NCBI GenBank assembly: GCA_903953565.1
Contig: CAJBKE010000017.1
Span: 8,012-72,011 of the forward strand
Length of the DNA: 64,000 bases
Origin: an uncultured Verrucomicrobiota bacterium
Lineage (GTDB): Bacteria; Verrucomicrobiota; Verrucomicrobiia; Chthoniobacterales; JACTMZ01
Direction: 5' to 3'
Part shown: piece after piece, positions 27,038 to 36,238 of the stretch
How the letters are laid out: each line of letters starts with the position of its first letter
How positions within the stretch are numbered: the first letter of the stretch is position 1
Position numbers and translations under genes: made by a program
The notes under the pieces: model-generated
The model's input: only the letters and a program-made list of their open reading frames with translations
The model's database searches: none
What the model was told of the DNA's origin: nothing

Positions 27038-28225
27038 TCAGCGGCTGCCAACGTTGCTGCTGATCGGCAGCACGCCGAGGTTGCGCGCCGCGGCGATGTC
27101 GATCAGCTGGTAGTCGGTGTCGTCCCCGTCGAATTTTTCCGACGCTTCAAGCAGCGCCTGCGTTCCCGCATCGATCGCCGCTTCGAAGGTGGCCCACGAT
27201 TCCTCGTTGCGTTTTTCCTCCACGTCGAACTTGAGGAAGGACTTGAGCCGCTTTTCGTCGACCTTTTCCAGGTCGGCCTCTCCCATCATCGTCGTCTCGA
27301 GACCGACCATCGTTTCGTCGTCGAGCGAGAAGGCGAGGAACATGTGCCCGGGCACGGTGACCAGATGCGGGTCGAGCCCGATCTTGCGCAGCACGGCGGC
27401 GAGAAGCACGGATCCGTCGACACAGTTGGCCTGCGCCGCCTTGACCGATTCGTCGAAGAGGCGCACGTGCTGGCTTCCCACCGATTCCGTCTCGGCCGCG
27501 GTGGTGACGACGTTGCTGTAGCGAAGACCCTTGCGCTGCATGACATTCCAGATGGCGAATACCTGCATCAAAACTTTTTCCGGATCGCCGCTCTGGTAGT
27601 CGTCGAAAGAAGTGACGATATCCGTGTCGAGCGCCTCTTTGAGGGTCTGGTCGACCCACGGATGGTTCTCGTTGACGTAGGAAGCAAAGAGCCACGAGTA
27701 ATCCGAGTAGTTTTGCTCGTCTCCCGGCTCGGTCACGCCGAACAGGCAGTCGTTCACCGTGCGCATCGTGGCCGTGACCGTTTTTTCGCCGCGACTCTTG
27801 CCGTCGACCTTCAATTCCATGGTCACGTCAATCGGAACAGTCTGGCGGACACTGGCCAGCTTGTCGTATTTCCAGGAGATCTTCGGATGGATGGTGACCG
27901 TCCCGTCGGTCTCGACGGTTCCCTCTGCGCGGCAGGCGCGCATGATGTCGTTCTCGCGAACTTCCAGCGCAACCGTGCTGCCTTCAGCAACGTCGTCGAC
28001 CGAGGCACCGACAATGCCCTGCTTGTCGCCGATGTGGTTCCCCTCCCACACTGCGAACACGTCGCTGTCGGGCTTAACGGCCGCCGCGCCGATGATGAGC
28101 GAAGGGAAAATCTGGTTGTCCGGATAAACTTCCGGATTCCACTCGGCATCGCCTGCGGCAGACGCCGAGAGCGGAGCAAAAGCCGAGAAGAGGAGGAGAG
28201 TTACGACGGAGGATTTTCCCGACAT
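27038..28225 (-). CDS. hypothetical secreted protein with transglutaminase-like Cys/His core in the C-terminal half
   Basis: 395 aa with signal peptide MSGKSSVVTLLLFSAFAPLSASA. The motif ANCVDGSVLLAAVLRKIGLDPHLVTVPGHMFLAF resembles the Cys...His core of the transglutaminase-like superfamily. This is an assignment by eye only. Confidence 0.55.
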   Translation of the reverse strand: MSGKSSVVTLLLFSAFAPLSASAAGDAEWNPEVYPDNQIFPSLIIGAAAVKPDSDVFAVWEGNHIGDKQGIVGASVDDVAEGSTVALEVRENDIMRACRAEGTVETDGTVTIHPKISWKYDKLASVRQTVPIDVTMELKVDGKSRGEKTVTATMRTVNDCLFGVTEPGDEQNYSDYSWLFASYVNENHPWVDQTLKEALDTDIVTSFDDYQSGDPEKVLMQVFAIWNVMQRKGLRYSNVVTTAAETESVGSQHVRLFDESVKAAQANCVDGSVLLAAVLRKIGLDPHLVTVPGHMFLAFSLDDETMVGLETTMMGEADLEKVDEKRLKSFLKFDVEEKRNEESWATFEAAIDAGTQALLEASEKFDGDDTDYQLIDIAAARNLGVLPISSNVGSR

Positions 28226-28242
28226 GGAGTGACCGGGCTGCC

Positions 28243-28614
28243 TTATTCCGCCTCAGCGCTGGTCTCGTTGGTCTCCGCGTTGTAGCGAAGCGTGAGCTTG
28301 GAGATTTTGCTCAGGTCGAGAGCCTGCCAAACCACGTCTTCGCCTTCATCGACCCAGACAATCCTCATGTCCCAGTTCTCCGCGTCGGCATCGGGGCTAA
28401 AAGTCACCTTGCCGGAAGTCCCGTCGGCCATCGGCTCGGCAAGGATATTTTCCTGCCAATTATTGACGGTCGCGGGAGAGATGTAGATCTCCTTGATGGC
28501 CCAACCGGTTCCGTTGACCAATTCGAAATCAAGGTCGACAGCTTGCGCTGCTGCCGGAAAAAAGAGCGCTGCAGTGAGAGCCAAAAGGCGGAGGTAATGC
28601 TTGGAGGTCTTCAT
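28243..28614 (-). CDS. small hypothetical secreted protein
   Basis: 123 aa with signal peptide MKTSKHYLRLLALTAALFFPAAAQA. It lies between the TMEM43-family and transglutaminase-like genes on the same strand. Confidence 0.6.
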   Translation of the reverse strand: MKTSKHYLRLLALTAALFFPAAAQAVDLDFELVNGTGWAIKEIYISPATVNNWQENILAEPMADGTSGKVTFSPDADAENWDMRIVWVDEGEDVVWQALDLSKISKLTLRYNAETNETSAEAE

Positions 28615-28675
28615 AGGAAATTCATCTACTCACCAATGGGTGGCTCGGGCAACTGCTAATTACCAAAAGTGGGGC

Positions 28676-29827
28676 TTAGGCCGCCTGTGGTTTCTTTTTT
28701 CCGAAGGCACGGAACCCGAAGAACAGCGCCGCGACGGCGAGGACGAGCAGCGTGATGCCAAGCAGCGGACGGAAAACCACCCAAGCAATGGCGATGACGG
28801 TCAGCGCCACGGCCAGCGCCAGAAGAAAGGCGATAAGTCCGGTCGCTGCGCCGACGAGACTGCCGAAAAGCGGCACGATGTCGGCAAGAACGGAGAGCGG
28901 TGCGAACAAAAGCCCGAACCCGATCCAGATAAGGATGAAGCCGCCAAGACGAACCAGCCAAGTAATCAAAGTGTTTGTAGAAATGGCATCTTCAAACATT
29001 TGCTGAGCCGGCACGTTGCCGGAAACAATCATGGCGATGGTTCCGCCCGCTTTGGTTTGGTAGTCGGCAAACGTGTCCCCATTTTGCGAGGCGACCAAAC
29101 TGACTGGACCCTGCTCCACCGCGGAGAAATTGATGCGCACGTCGCCGACTTGCGGTTGTGCGGGATTGGCGCCGAGATAAATGCCGCCTTTGTCGGTTCG
29201 CGCACCCTCCGGCCACTGCGCGCCCTCGGGTATGTCGCGCACGACAAGCTGCTTGAAGTCGGAGAGTTGAGAAATGAGATCGAGGGATAGATAAAACGCA
29301 CCGACCGCGACCTGCTCCGCATCGAGCGTCATGCTGTCATAGGGAAACTCGGACGGATTCTCGTGCCCGGCCGGTTCATGGAAGTTGGCCGTGTCGTTCA
29401 ACATGCCGCTCCACCCCTTGGTGTAGGTGTAGGTCGTCACCGTTTCCTCCCCGCCGCCGAGTTTCTTCCGCGTTTCGCTCTTCTCGGTTTCTTTCCACTG
29501 ATACATCTCGACGTCGCGGCGCAGACGGATGGCGTTGGCCGAAACACCGAAATCCTGATCGATGAGCGTTTCGTCCGTCACCGCGTCGGCCGTGAGGTGG
29601 ACGAGTTTGCCATCGTTGGCTGCATCGACGGAATCGGATGCGATATCGATGACGAGCCCCTGGCCTTCCTTCAGGGTGTTGTAGGTTTTGACTGCACGGC
29701 CTTCGTTCCAGAAAAGCAGGGCGATTCCGACAAGAATGAGAATGATGCCGACGACGATGCCGGTGAAAGCTTTGCCGAGGCGGCTGAACCAAGAGGAGTT
29801 GGAGGTGACTTGGATGGAATCAGGCAT
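28676..29827 (-). CDS. TMEM43 / DUF1625-family membrane protein
   Basis: 383 aa. The N-terminal SWFSRLGKAFTGIVVGIILILVGIALLFWNEGRAVKTYNTLKEG matches the hallmark TMEM43 N-terminal TM plus NEGRA motif. The C-terminal ~90 aa are three to four TM helices. Confidence 0.8.
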   Translation of the reverse strand: MPDSIQVTSNSSWFSRLGKAFTGIVVGIILILVGIALLFWNEGRAVKTYNTLKEGQGLVIDIASDSVDAANDGKLVHLTADAVTDETLIDQDFGVSANAIRLRRDVEMYQWKETEKSETRKKLGGGEETVTTYTYTKGWSGMLNDTANFHEPAGHENPSEFPYDSMTLDAEQVAVGAFYLSLDLISQLSDFKQLVVRDIPEGAQWPEGARTDKGGIYLGANPAQPQVGDVRINFSAVEQGPVSLVASQNGDTFADYQTKAGGTIAMIVSGNVPAQQMFEDAISTNTLITWLVRLGGFILIWIGFGLLFAPLSVLADIVPLFGSLVGAATGLIAFLLALAVALTVIAIAWVVFRPLLGITLLVLAVAALFFGFRAFGKKKPQAA

Positions 29828-29906
29828 GGGAGTGTGGGATTTCGGACGTGAGACCCTTTAGCCGAATCGACGGCAGTGACAAAGCTATTAACGGCCTTGT
29901 CTCCGA

Positions 29907-30827
29907 CTATTTGCGCGCCGTGGCCAGCACCGTCTGGAAATGCGGCGCCTTGGCCTCGCGGCTGACCACCGACACCTCGGCGTCTTTGAAACCCGCTTTC
30001 TCGATCAGACGCACCAGCTCGACCTCGGAAAATCCGAGCCAAACGTGCGCGTAAAGCGTGCGAGCCTGTTCGAAGGAATGGCTCAACAAGTCGAGCACCA
30101 TGAGCCGCCCACCCGGCTTGAGGATTTTATGCGCCGCAACCAGCGCCTTCCCCGGACTGGCCGCGTGATGCAGGGCCTGACTGAAAAGCGCGAGATCGAC
30201 CGTGCCTGCTTTGATCGGCGGATCATCGATGCTGCCCAAACGGTATTCCAAATTCTTCAAGCCGTGCTCGGAGGCCAACTTCGATCCGAATTCGACCATG
30301 GCCGCCGAATTGTCTACCGCGATGACTTTCTTCGCGGTCCGCGCCAAGAGTTGCGAGAGCGTTCCCTCGCCCGCCCCGAGGTCGGCGATGGTCATGGGTG
30401 GCAAGAGCCGCAACAACCCGTGGGCCAACGCGCGCCATGACCGCCCCGGCACATAGGTGCGCCCGAATTTTCCGGCCAATTGGTTGAAGTATTCGCCTGC
30501 TTTGTCCTGCCGCTTGAGCAAGGCCAACTTGACCGCCGCGTCGTCCTCTCCCGCCTCCGGCAATTCCTCGCCACCGCGTTCGATCAACTCGGCAATGGCC
30601 GCCGGCACCGCGCCCCCGCGCGAATAATAAATGTTTTTCCCCGCCCGGCGGTCAGAGAGCAACCCCTCCGCCTTCAGTTGGGCCAGATGGGCGCTGGTCC
30701 GGGACTGACCCGTCCCCAGAATCAGCTGCAACTCCGCCACGGTCAGCTCCTCCTGCCCCAAAAGCCGCAAAATCCGCAACCGGGTAGGGTCGGAAAGGAG
30801 CTTGAGAATTTTCAGGGTGCCCTGCAT
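29907..30827 (-). CDS. ArsR-type wHTH fused to SAM-dependent methyltransferase-like domain (SahR-like regulator)
   Basis: 306 aa. The N-terminus [50 protein letters not shown] is an ArsR HTH. The C-terminal half has the class I methyltransferase motif [12 protein letters not shown]. The gene is divergent from metK-ahcY. Confidence 0.8.
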   Translation of the reverse strand: MQGTLKILKLLSDPTRLRILRLLGQEELTVAELQLILGTGQSRTSAHLAQLKAEGLLSDRRAGKNIYYSRGGAVPAAIAELIERGGEELPEAGEDDAAVKLALLKRQDKAGEYFNQLAGKFGRTYVPGRSWRALAHGLLRLLPPMTIADLGAGEGTLSQLLARTAKKVIAVDNSAAMVEFGSKLASEHGLKNLEYRLGSIDDPPIKAGTVDLALFSQALHHAASPGKALVAAHKILKPGGRLMVLDLLSHSFEQARTLYAHVWLGFSEVELVRLIEKAGFKDAEVSVVSREAKAPHFQTVLATARK

Positions 30828-30837
30828 TTTTCGGATG

Positions 30838-30871
30838 GACGCATCAAAATATCATGATATGTTGATGCGTC
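30838..30871. promoter_or_regulatory. 34-bp near-perfect palindrome in the sahR-like/metK divergent promoter region (candidate operator)
   Basis: GACGCATCAA-A-ATATCATGATAT-G-TTGATGCGTC: 10-bp arms plus a perfect 12-bp palindromic core, with 32/34 positions symmetric. It lies 10 nt from the regulator ATG and 59 nt from the metK ATG. Confidence 0.65.
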
Positions 30872-30930
30872 ACGTGGAAAAGCCGCCGATGTCCGGTTTG
30901 GCCCGACACGTGCTTAACCTCTCAATTCCA

Positions 30931-32115
30931 ATGACCTCTGACTACATTTTTTCCTCCGAGTCGGTCGGCGAAGGCCACCCCGACAAGGTTTGCGACACCA
31001 TTTCCGATGCCGTGCTCGACGCGTGCCTGACCCAAGACAAGAAAAGCCGCGTGGCCTGCGAAACGCTGGTTAAGAGCAACATGGTGGTGCTCGCCGGTGA
31101 AATCACGACGGACGCCAAATTCGATTTCGAGAAGATCGTGCGCCAAGCCATCGGGGAAATCGGCTACGTCAATGATGACGACGTTTTCCACGCGGACAAA
31201 GTCATCATCACCAAAGCGATCACCCAGCAGAGCCAGGACATCTCGCAGGGCGTCGACGCGAAGAAAGCCAAAGGCAAAAAGACCTCCGAGCAGGGTGCCG
31301 GTGACCAAGGCCTCATGTTCGGCTACGCGTGCAATGAAACGCCGGAACTGATGCCCGCGCCGATCATGTTCGCCCACCGTCTCGGCCGCGAACTGACCAA
31401 GATCCGCAAGAGCGGCAAAGCCCCATGGCTCCGACCGGACGCGAAAACGCAGGTCTCCGTGCGCTACGTCGACGGCAAGCCGAAAGAAATCACCGCGGTG
31501 GTTGTTTCCACGCAGCACGCCGAAGGCGTCGCCCACGCCACCATCGAAAAATTCATCATCAACAACCTGATCAAAAAGGTTCTTCCCACCAGACTGCTGA
31601 CCAAGAACACCGAGTATCTGGTCAACCCGACCGGCAAGTTCGTCATCGGCGGACCGCAGGGCGACGCCGGCCTGACCGGACGCAAAATCATCGTCGACAG
31701 CTACGGCGGCATGGGCCGTCACGGCGGCGGCGCTTTCAGCGGCAAGGACCCGAGCAAAGTCGACCGCAGCGCCGCTTACATGGGACGCTGGGTGGCGAAG
31801 AACATTGTCGCTGCCGGCCTCGCCGACCGCGCCGAAATCCAATTTGCCTACGCCATCGGTTATCCCAAGCCGGTCTCTGTCACCATCGACACCTTCGGCA
31901 CGAACAAAGTGAGCGAGCGCAAACTCCAGCGCGCCGTGCTCGATACGTTCAGCTTCAAGCCCGCCGACATCGTCAAACAACTCAACCTCCTGCGCCCCAT
32001 CTACAGCAAGACGACCAACTACGGCCACTTCGGCCACAAGTCCGGCCTCAAGTGGGCACCGTGGGAAGACACGTCCAAAGCCAAAGAACTCCGCCGCCGG
32101 GCAGGACTGAAGTAA
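30931..32115 (+). CDS. metK: S-adenosylmethionine synthetase
   Basis: Start at ATG 30931 ([31 protein letters not shown]). The track start 30802 is over-extended into the promoter region. Confidence 0.96.
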   Translation: MTSDYIFSSESVGEGHPDKVCDTISDAVLDACLTQDKKSRVACETLVKSNMVVLAGEITTDAKFDFEKIVRQAIGEIGYVNDDDVFHADKVIITKAITQQSQDISQGVDAKKAKGKKTSEQGAGDQGLMFGYACNETPELMPAPIMFAHRLGRELTKIRKSGKAPWLRPDAKTQVSVRYVDGKPKEITAVVVSTQHAEGVAHATIEKFIINNLIKKVLPTRLLTKNTEYLVNPTGKFVIGGPQGDAGLTGRKIIVDSYGGMGRHGGGAFSGKDPSKVDRSAAYMGRWVAKNIVAAGLADRAEIQFAYAIGYPKPVSVTIDTFGTNKVSERKLQRAVLDTFSFKPADIVKQLNLLRPIYSKTTNYGHFGHKSGLKWAPWEDTSKAKELRRRAGLK

Positions 32116-32173
32116 CAAAAACCACAACCAAATCAAAATCACATCCGTTAACACATTGAACCAAAACTAAATT

Positions 32174-33523
32174 ATGAGCACAGCTACTGTTACACCTACC
32201 AATGTCGCGCACTCCAAAGTTGCCGACCTAAGCCTCGCCGAATTCGGCCGCAAAGAAATCGACCTGGCCGAAACAGAAATGCCCGGCTTGATGGCCCTAC
32301 GTGAAAAGTATGGCAAAACCAAGCCGCTGGCAGGCGCTCGCATCGCTGGATGCCTGCACATGACCATTCAAACGGCGGTGTTGATCGAAACTCTGGTTGA
32401 ACTCGGTGCTGAAGTCACCTGGTCAAGCTGCAACATTTTCAGCACCCAAGATCACGCTGCTGCAGCCATTGCCGCTGCCGGCATTCCTGTTTATGCGTGG
32501 AAAGGCGAAACGGAGGAAGAGTTCCTGTGGTGCATTGAGCAGACGCTTAACTTCCCATCCGGCAAACCACTGAACATGATTCTGGACGATGGCGGTGACC
32601 TCACCGACATGGTTCACAAGAAGTATCCGGAGCTTCTGGCCGGGATCAAGGGCATCAGCGAAGAAACCACCGCCGGCGTCCACCGCCTGCAGCAGCTGGT
32701 TGAAACCGGCGAACTCAAGGTTCCCGCCATCAACATCAACGACTCGGCCACGAAGAGTAAATTCGACAACCTCTACGGCTGCCGCGAATCACTGGCCGAC
32801 GGCATCAAGCGAGCCACCGACGTCATGCTGGCTGGCAAGGTTGCTGTCGTTTGCGGTTACGGGGACGTTGGCAAAGGCTGTGCGCACTCGCTTCAGCGCT
32901 ATGGTTGCCGCGTCATTGTCACCGAGATCGATCCGATCAACGCCTTGCAGGCAGCGATGGAAGGTTTTGAAGTCACCACCATGGAAGCGGCAGCCAAAGA
33001 GGGCAATCTGTTCGTCACCGCCACCGGTAACCGCGACATCATCCTTGGCCAGCACATGCTGGAGATGGCTGAAGATGCTATTCTTTGCAACATCGGGCAC
33101 TTCGACACAGAGATCGACATCGCCTGGTTGGAAAAAGAAGTGGCTGCTGGCCGGGTGACCAAGGACGAAATCAAGCCTGCGGAGATTGGTGCGGTTGAAC
33201 GCTACACCTTCAAAGCCTCTGGCCGCTCGGTCATCATTCTGGCCAAGGGCCGTTTGGTCAACCTGGGCTGTGCCACCGGTCACCCAAGCTTCGTCATGAG
33301 CACCTCATTCACCAACCAAGTGCTGGCCCAGCTTGAGCTGTGGGAACGGGGAGAAAAGTATGACGTCAACATTCACTTGATGCCCAAGATTCTGGACGAA
33401 GAAGTGGCCCGTCTTCACCTTGATAAGCTCGGGGTGAAACTGACGGTCCTGACCAAAGAACAGGCAGCTTACATGCACGTTCCGGTCGGCGGCCCCTACA
33501 AGCCAAACCACTACCGCTACTAA
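32174..33523 (+). CDS. ahcY: adenosylhomocysteinase
   Basis: 449 aa, [29 protein letters not shown], with NAD-binding [16 protein letters not shown]-terminus PYKPNHYRY. Confidence 0.96.
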   Translation: MSTATVTPTNVAHSKVADLSLAEFGRKEIDLAETEMPGLMALREKYGKTKPLAGARIAGCLHMTIQTAVLIETLVELGAEVTWSSCNIFSTQDHAAAAIAAAGIPVYAWKGETEEEFLWCIEQTLNFPSGKPLNMILDDGGDLTDMVHKKYPELLAGIKGISEETTAGVHRLQQLVETGELKVPAININDSATKSKFDNLYGCRESLADGIKRATDVMLAGKVAVVCGYGDVGKGCAHSLQRYGCRVIVTEIDPINALQAAMEGFEVTTMEAAAKEGNLFVTATGNRDIILGQHMLEMAEDAILCNIGHFDTEIDIAWLEKEVAAGRVTKDEIKPAEIGAVERYTFKASGRSVIILAKGRLVNLGCATGHPSFVMSTSFTNQVLAQLELWERGEKYDVNIHLMPKILDEEVARLHLDKLGVKLTVLTKEQAAYMHVPVGGPYKPNHYRY

Positions 33524-33552
33524 GCGCTCTTCTTGGCTCAACCTCACCAAAA

Positions 33553-33579
33553 GGCCGTTCCGCAAGGAACGGCCTTTTT
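33553..33579 (+). terminator. rho-independent terminator after ahcY
   Basis: GGCCGTTCC-GCAA-GGAACGGCC followed by TTTTT. Confidence 0.8.
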
Positions 33580-33756
33580 GCTTTGGAATGCTGTTGTCCC
33601 CGGCCGCCGCGCCTCGCGCAAGCTTTTCACCAGGCGAACGCGGGATTATCCGTGGCAGTGGGAGGAAAACTTCATAAGAGCCGCAAGCTGGCCAGAAACG
33701 GGAAACGCCCCAAACACATTTCCTTCGAGCGTGGCGACTGCTACGGATGACCAGGC

Positions 33757-34740
33757 ATGCGACACTCCAATCGCTACGAGACCATGGATTACCGCCGCTG
33801 CGGGCGGAGCGGATTGAAACTTCCCGCACTTTCCCTCGGCCTCTGGCACAACTTCGGGGCCAACGACAATCATGCCAATGCACGTGACATGGTGCTGCGT
33901 TCCTTCGATGCCGGCATCACGCATTTCGATTTGGCCAACAACTACGGTCCGCCACCCGGCAGCGCGGAGGAAACCTTCGGACGACTCCTGCGCGAAGACC
34001 TCGCCGCGCACCGCGACGAACTGATCATCTCAACCAAGGCCGGCTATCACATGTGGCCCGGACCCTACGGCGAGTGGGGTTCGCGCAAACACATCTTGGC
34101 GAGTCTGGACCAGAGCCTGAAGCGCATGGGGCTGCATTACGTCGATATCTTTTACAGCCATCGCCCGGATCCAGAGACGCCACTCGAAGAAACCATGGGC
34201 GCGCTTGTCACTGCAGTTCGCTCCGGCAGAGCGCTCTACGTTGGCATTTCCAGCTACGACGCAGACATGACCCGCCGCGCCGCCGAGATCCTCCGCGCCG
34301 AGCGCATCCATCTGCTTATCCACCAACCGGTCTTCAATCTCTTCGATCGGTGGGTCGAACACGGATTATCCGATGTCCTGCAGCATGAAGGCATCGGCTG
34401 CATCCCCTTCAGTCCCCTGGCCCAAGGTCTGCTGGCCGGACGCTATGACAACGGAATCGATCCGGAATCGCGCGCCGGCAAGCCCGACGGGTTTCTACGT
34501 CCCGAGCATGTGACGGAAGAGAAACTCCGCCGCGTTCGGGCGCTGGCCGAAATCGCCGAGGCGCGCGGCCAATCTCTTGCCCAGATGTCCATCGCGTGGC
34601 TGTTGTCCAAACCCTACGTGACGAGCGTCCTCCTCGGCGCCAGTCGATGGAGTCAGATCGAAGACAACCTCGGCGCCCTGAGAAATACATCGTTCAGCCA
34701 CGACGAACTTGCGGCCATCGATCAGGTTCTTGAACTGTAG
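33757..34740 (+). CDS. aldo/keto reductase, YghZ/L-glyceraldehyde-3-phosphate reductase-like
   Basis: 327 aa. The N-terminus SNRYETMDYRRCGRSGLKLPALSLGLWHNFG closely parallels E. coli YghZ. A start at 33784 is also possible. Confidence 0.85.
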   Translation: MRHSNRYETMDYRRCGRSGLKLPALSLGLWHNFGANDNHANARDMVLRSFDAGITHFDLANNYGPPPGSAEETFGRLLREDLAAHRDELIISTKAGYHMWPGPYGEWGSRKHILASLDQSLKRMGLHYVDIFYSHRPDPETPLEETMGALVTAVRSGRALYVGISSYDADMTRRAAEILRAERIHLLIHQPVFNLFDRWVEHGLSDVLQHEGIGCIPFSPLAQGLLAGRYDNGIDPESRAGKPDGFLRPEHVTEEKLRRVRALAEIAEARGQSLAQMSIAWLLSKPYVTSVLLGASRWSQIEDNLGALRNTSFSHDELAAIDQVLEL

Positions 34741-34795
34741 AAGGTTTCCGTGCGGCAAGCGGGCCTTGACCAAGTCGACGTGCCTGCAGGCATGA

Positions 34796-36232
34796 TCAAA
34801 GCCCACCTATGCTGACGAGTTTCTTCTCCTGGTACTCGGCCAGACCTTCGCGGCCGCACTCGTAGCCGAGCCCGCTCTGCTGCCATCCGCCGAAGGGCGC
34901 TTCCAGCGCCCACGGATACCACTCGTTGATTCCGACGATTCCGAATTCGATTTGCTCGGAGACATGGACACTCGTGTTGAGATCGTTGGTCCAGATGTAG
35001 GAGGCCAGTCCGTATTCGGTGTCGTTGGCCAGGCGGATCGCCTCTTCCGTGGTGCGGAACGTGGTGACCGGCATGACCGGACCGAAGATCTCGCGACGGA
35101 ACAACGGGTTGTCCGCCGTGGCGATCCGGACCAGCGTTGGTTCAAAGAAATATCCGGCGCTAAAATTTCCCGTGCCGCCACCCGCGACCACTTCGCCGCC
35201 GTGCGCGATGGATTCCTTGACCAGCGCTTCCACATTGTCGCGCTGGGAGGAGTTGATCATCGGCCCCATTTCGGTCGCCGATTCCAAACCATTGCCCAAC
35301 TTGACCGATCGCATTTTCGCCTCGGCCACCTCGATGAACCGCGCGGCGATGGATTCGTGCACCAAAAATCGTTGCGGGGCCACGCAGGTCTGGCCGGCGT
35401 TGCGCAGCTTGGCGATGACCGAATCGGCTGCCACCTTCTCCACATCCACATCAGGGAAGACAAGGACCGGCGCATTGCCTCCGAGCTCAAGCGAAAGAAG
35501 GGTGTGGGTCTTCGACGCGCCGTCCATGAGGATGCGGCCGACGCGCGTGCTGCCGGTGAAACTGATCTTGCGGACCGCGGGATGATCCAGCATCGCCTGC
35601 CCAATCGACGCCGCATCACCGTTCACGAGATTGAGCACGCCAGCTGGCAGTCCGGCGTCGTGCAAACACTGCGCGAGCAGCATCGCGGTGAGCGGCGTGT
35701 ATTCGCTGGCCTTGGCCACCACGGTGCAACCGGCGCCAAGCGCCGCTGACCAGCAGCGTGCCGGATTGTAGGCGGGAAAATTCCATGCGGTGATCGCGCC
35801 CACCACGCCAATGGGCTGATGGATCACGGACATGCGCTTGTTGTTGCGCGCCGCCTGCAAGACGGTGCCGGCATTGCGTTTGCCTTCCTCCGCATACCAC
35901 TCGAAAAAATTTGCCGCGATGCGCCATTCGCCGAGGGCTTCGGCCAGCGGCTTGCCGCTTTCCATCACGGTGGTCCGCGCGTAGTCCTCCAGCCGTTCGT
36001 GCATCAGGGCACCGGCTTTTTTCAGGATCACCGCGCGGTCGAAGGGATTGATCGTGCTCCAGGCTTTGAAGGCCGCGCTGGCCGCCTCGATCGCTCGGAT
36101 CGCATCCGAACCGTCACCGAAGGGAACGGTGGCCACCGTTGTTTCATCGGCGGGATTCTTCAGCTCCCACGTGCCACCACTCGAGGCGGGTGTCCATGTT
36201 CCGTTGATGAATTGGTCGTAATTAGTTTCCAT
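34796..36232 (-). CDS. gabD: NAD(P)-dependent succinate-semialdehyde / aldehyde dehydrogenase
   Basis: 478 aa with ALDH motifs ELGGNAP and catalytic Cys in NAGQTCVAPQR. It is the last gene of a 4-gene operon with gabT. The gabD name is inferred from context. Confidence 0.8.
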   Translation of the reverse strand: METNYDQFINGTWTPASSGGTWELKNPADETTVATVPFGDGSDAIRAIEAASAAFKAWSTINPFDRAVILKKAGALMHERLEDYARTTVMESGKPLAEALGEWRIAANFFEWYAEEGKRNAGTVLQAARNNKRMSVIHQPIGVVGAITAWNFPAYNPARCWSAALGAGCTVVAKASEYTPLTAMLLAQCLHDAGLPAGVLNLVNGDAASIGQAMLDHPAVRKISFTGSTRVGRILMDGASKTHTLLSLELGGNAPVLVFPDVDVEKVAADSVIAKLRNAGQTCVAPQRFLVHESIAARFIEVAEAKMRSVKLGNGLESATEMGPMINSSQRDNVEALVKESIAHGGEVVAGGGTGNFSAGYFFEPTLVRIATADNPLFRREIFGPVMPVTTFRTTEEAIRLANDTEYGLASYIWTNDLNTSVHVSEQIEFGIVGINEWYPWALEAPFGGWQQSGLGYECGREGLAEYQEKKLVSIGGL

Positions 36233-36238
36233 AATTTT

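Noticed and set aside
30922-32154. 410-aa minus-strand ORF
   Set aside because: Antisense shadow of metK.
30828-32173. SAM riboswitch before metK or SAH riboswitch before ahcY
   Set aside because: The leaders are too short (about 100 and 58 nt) and lack the conserved helices. The metK leader is dominated by a DNA-type palindrome instead.
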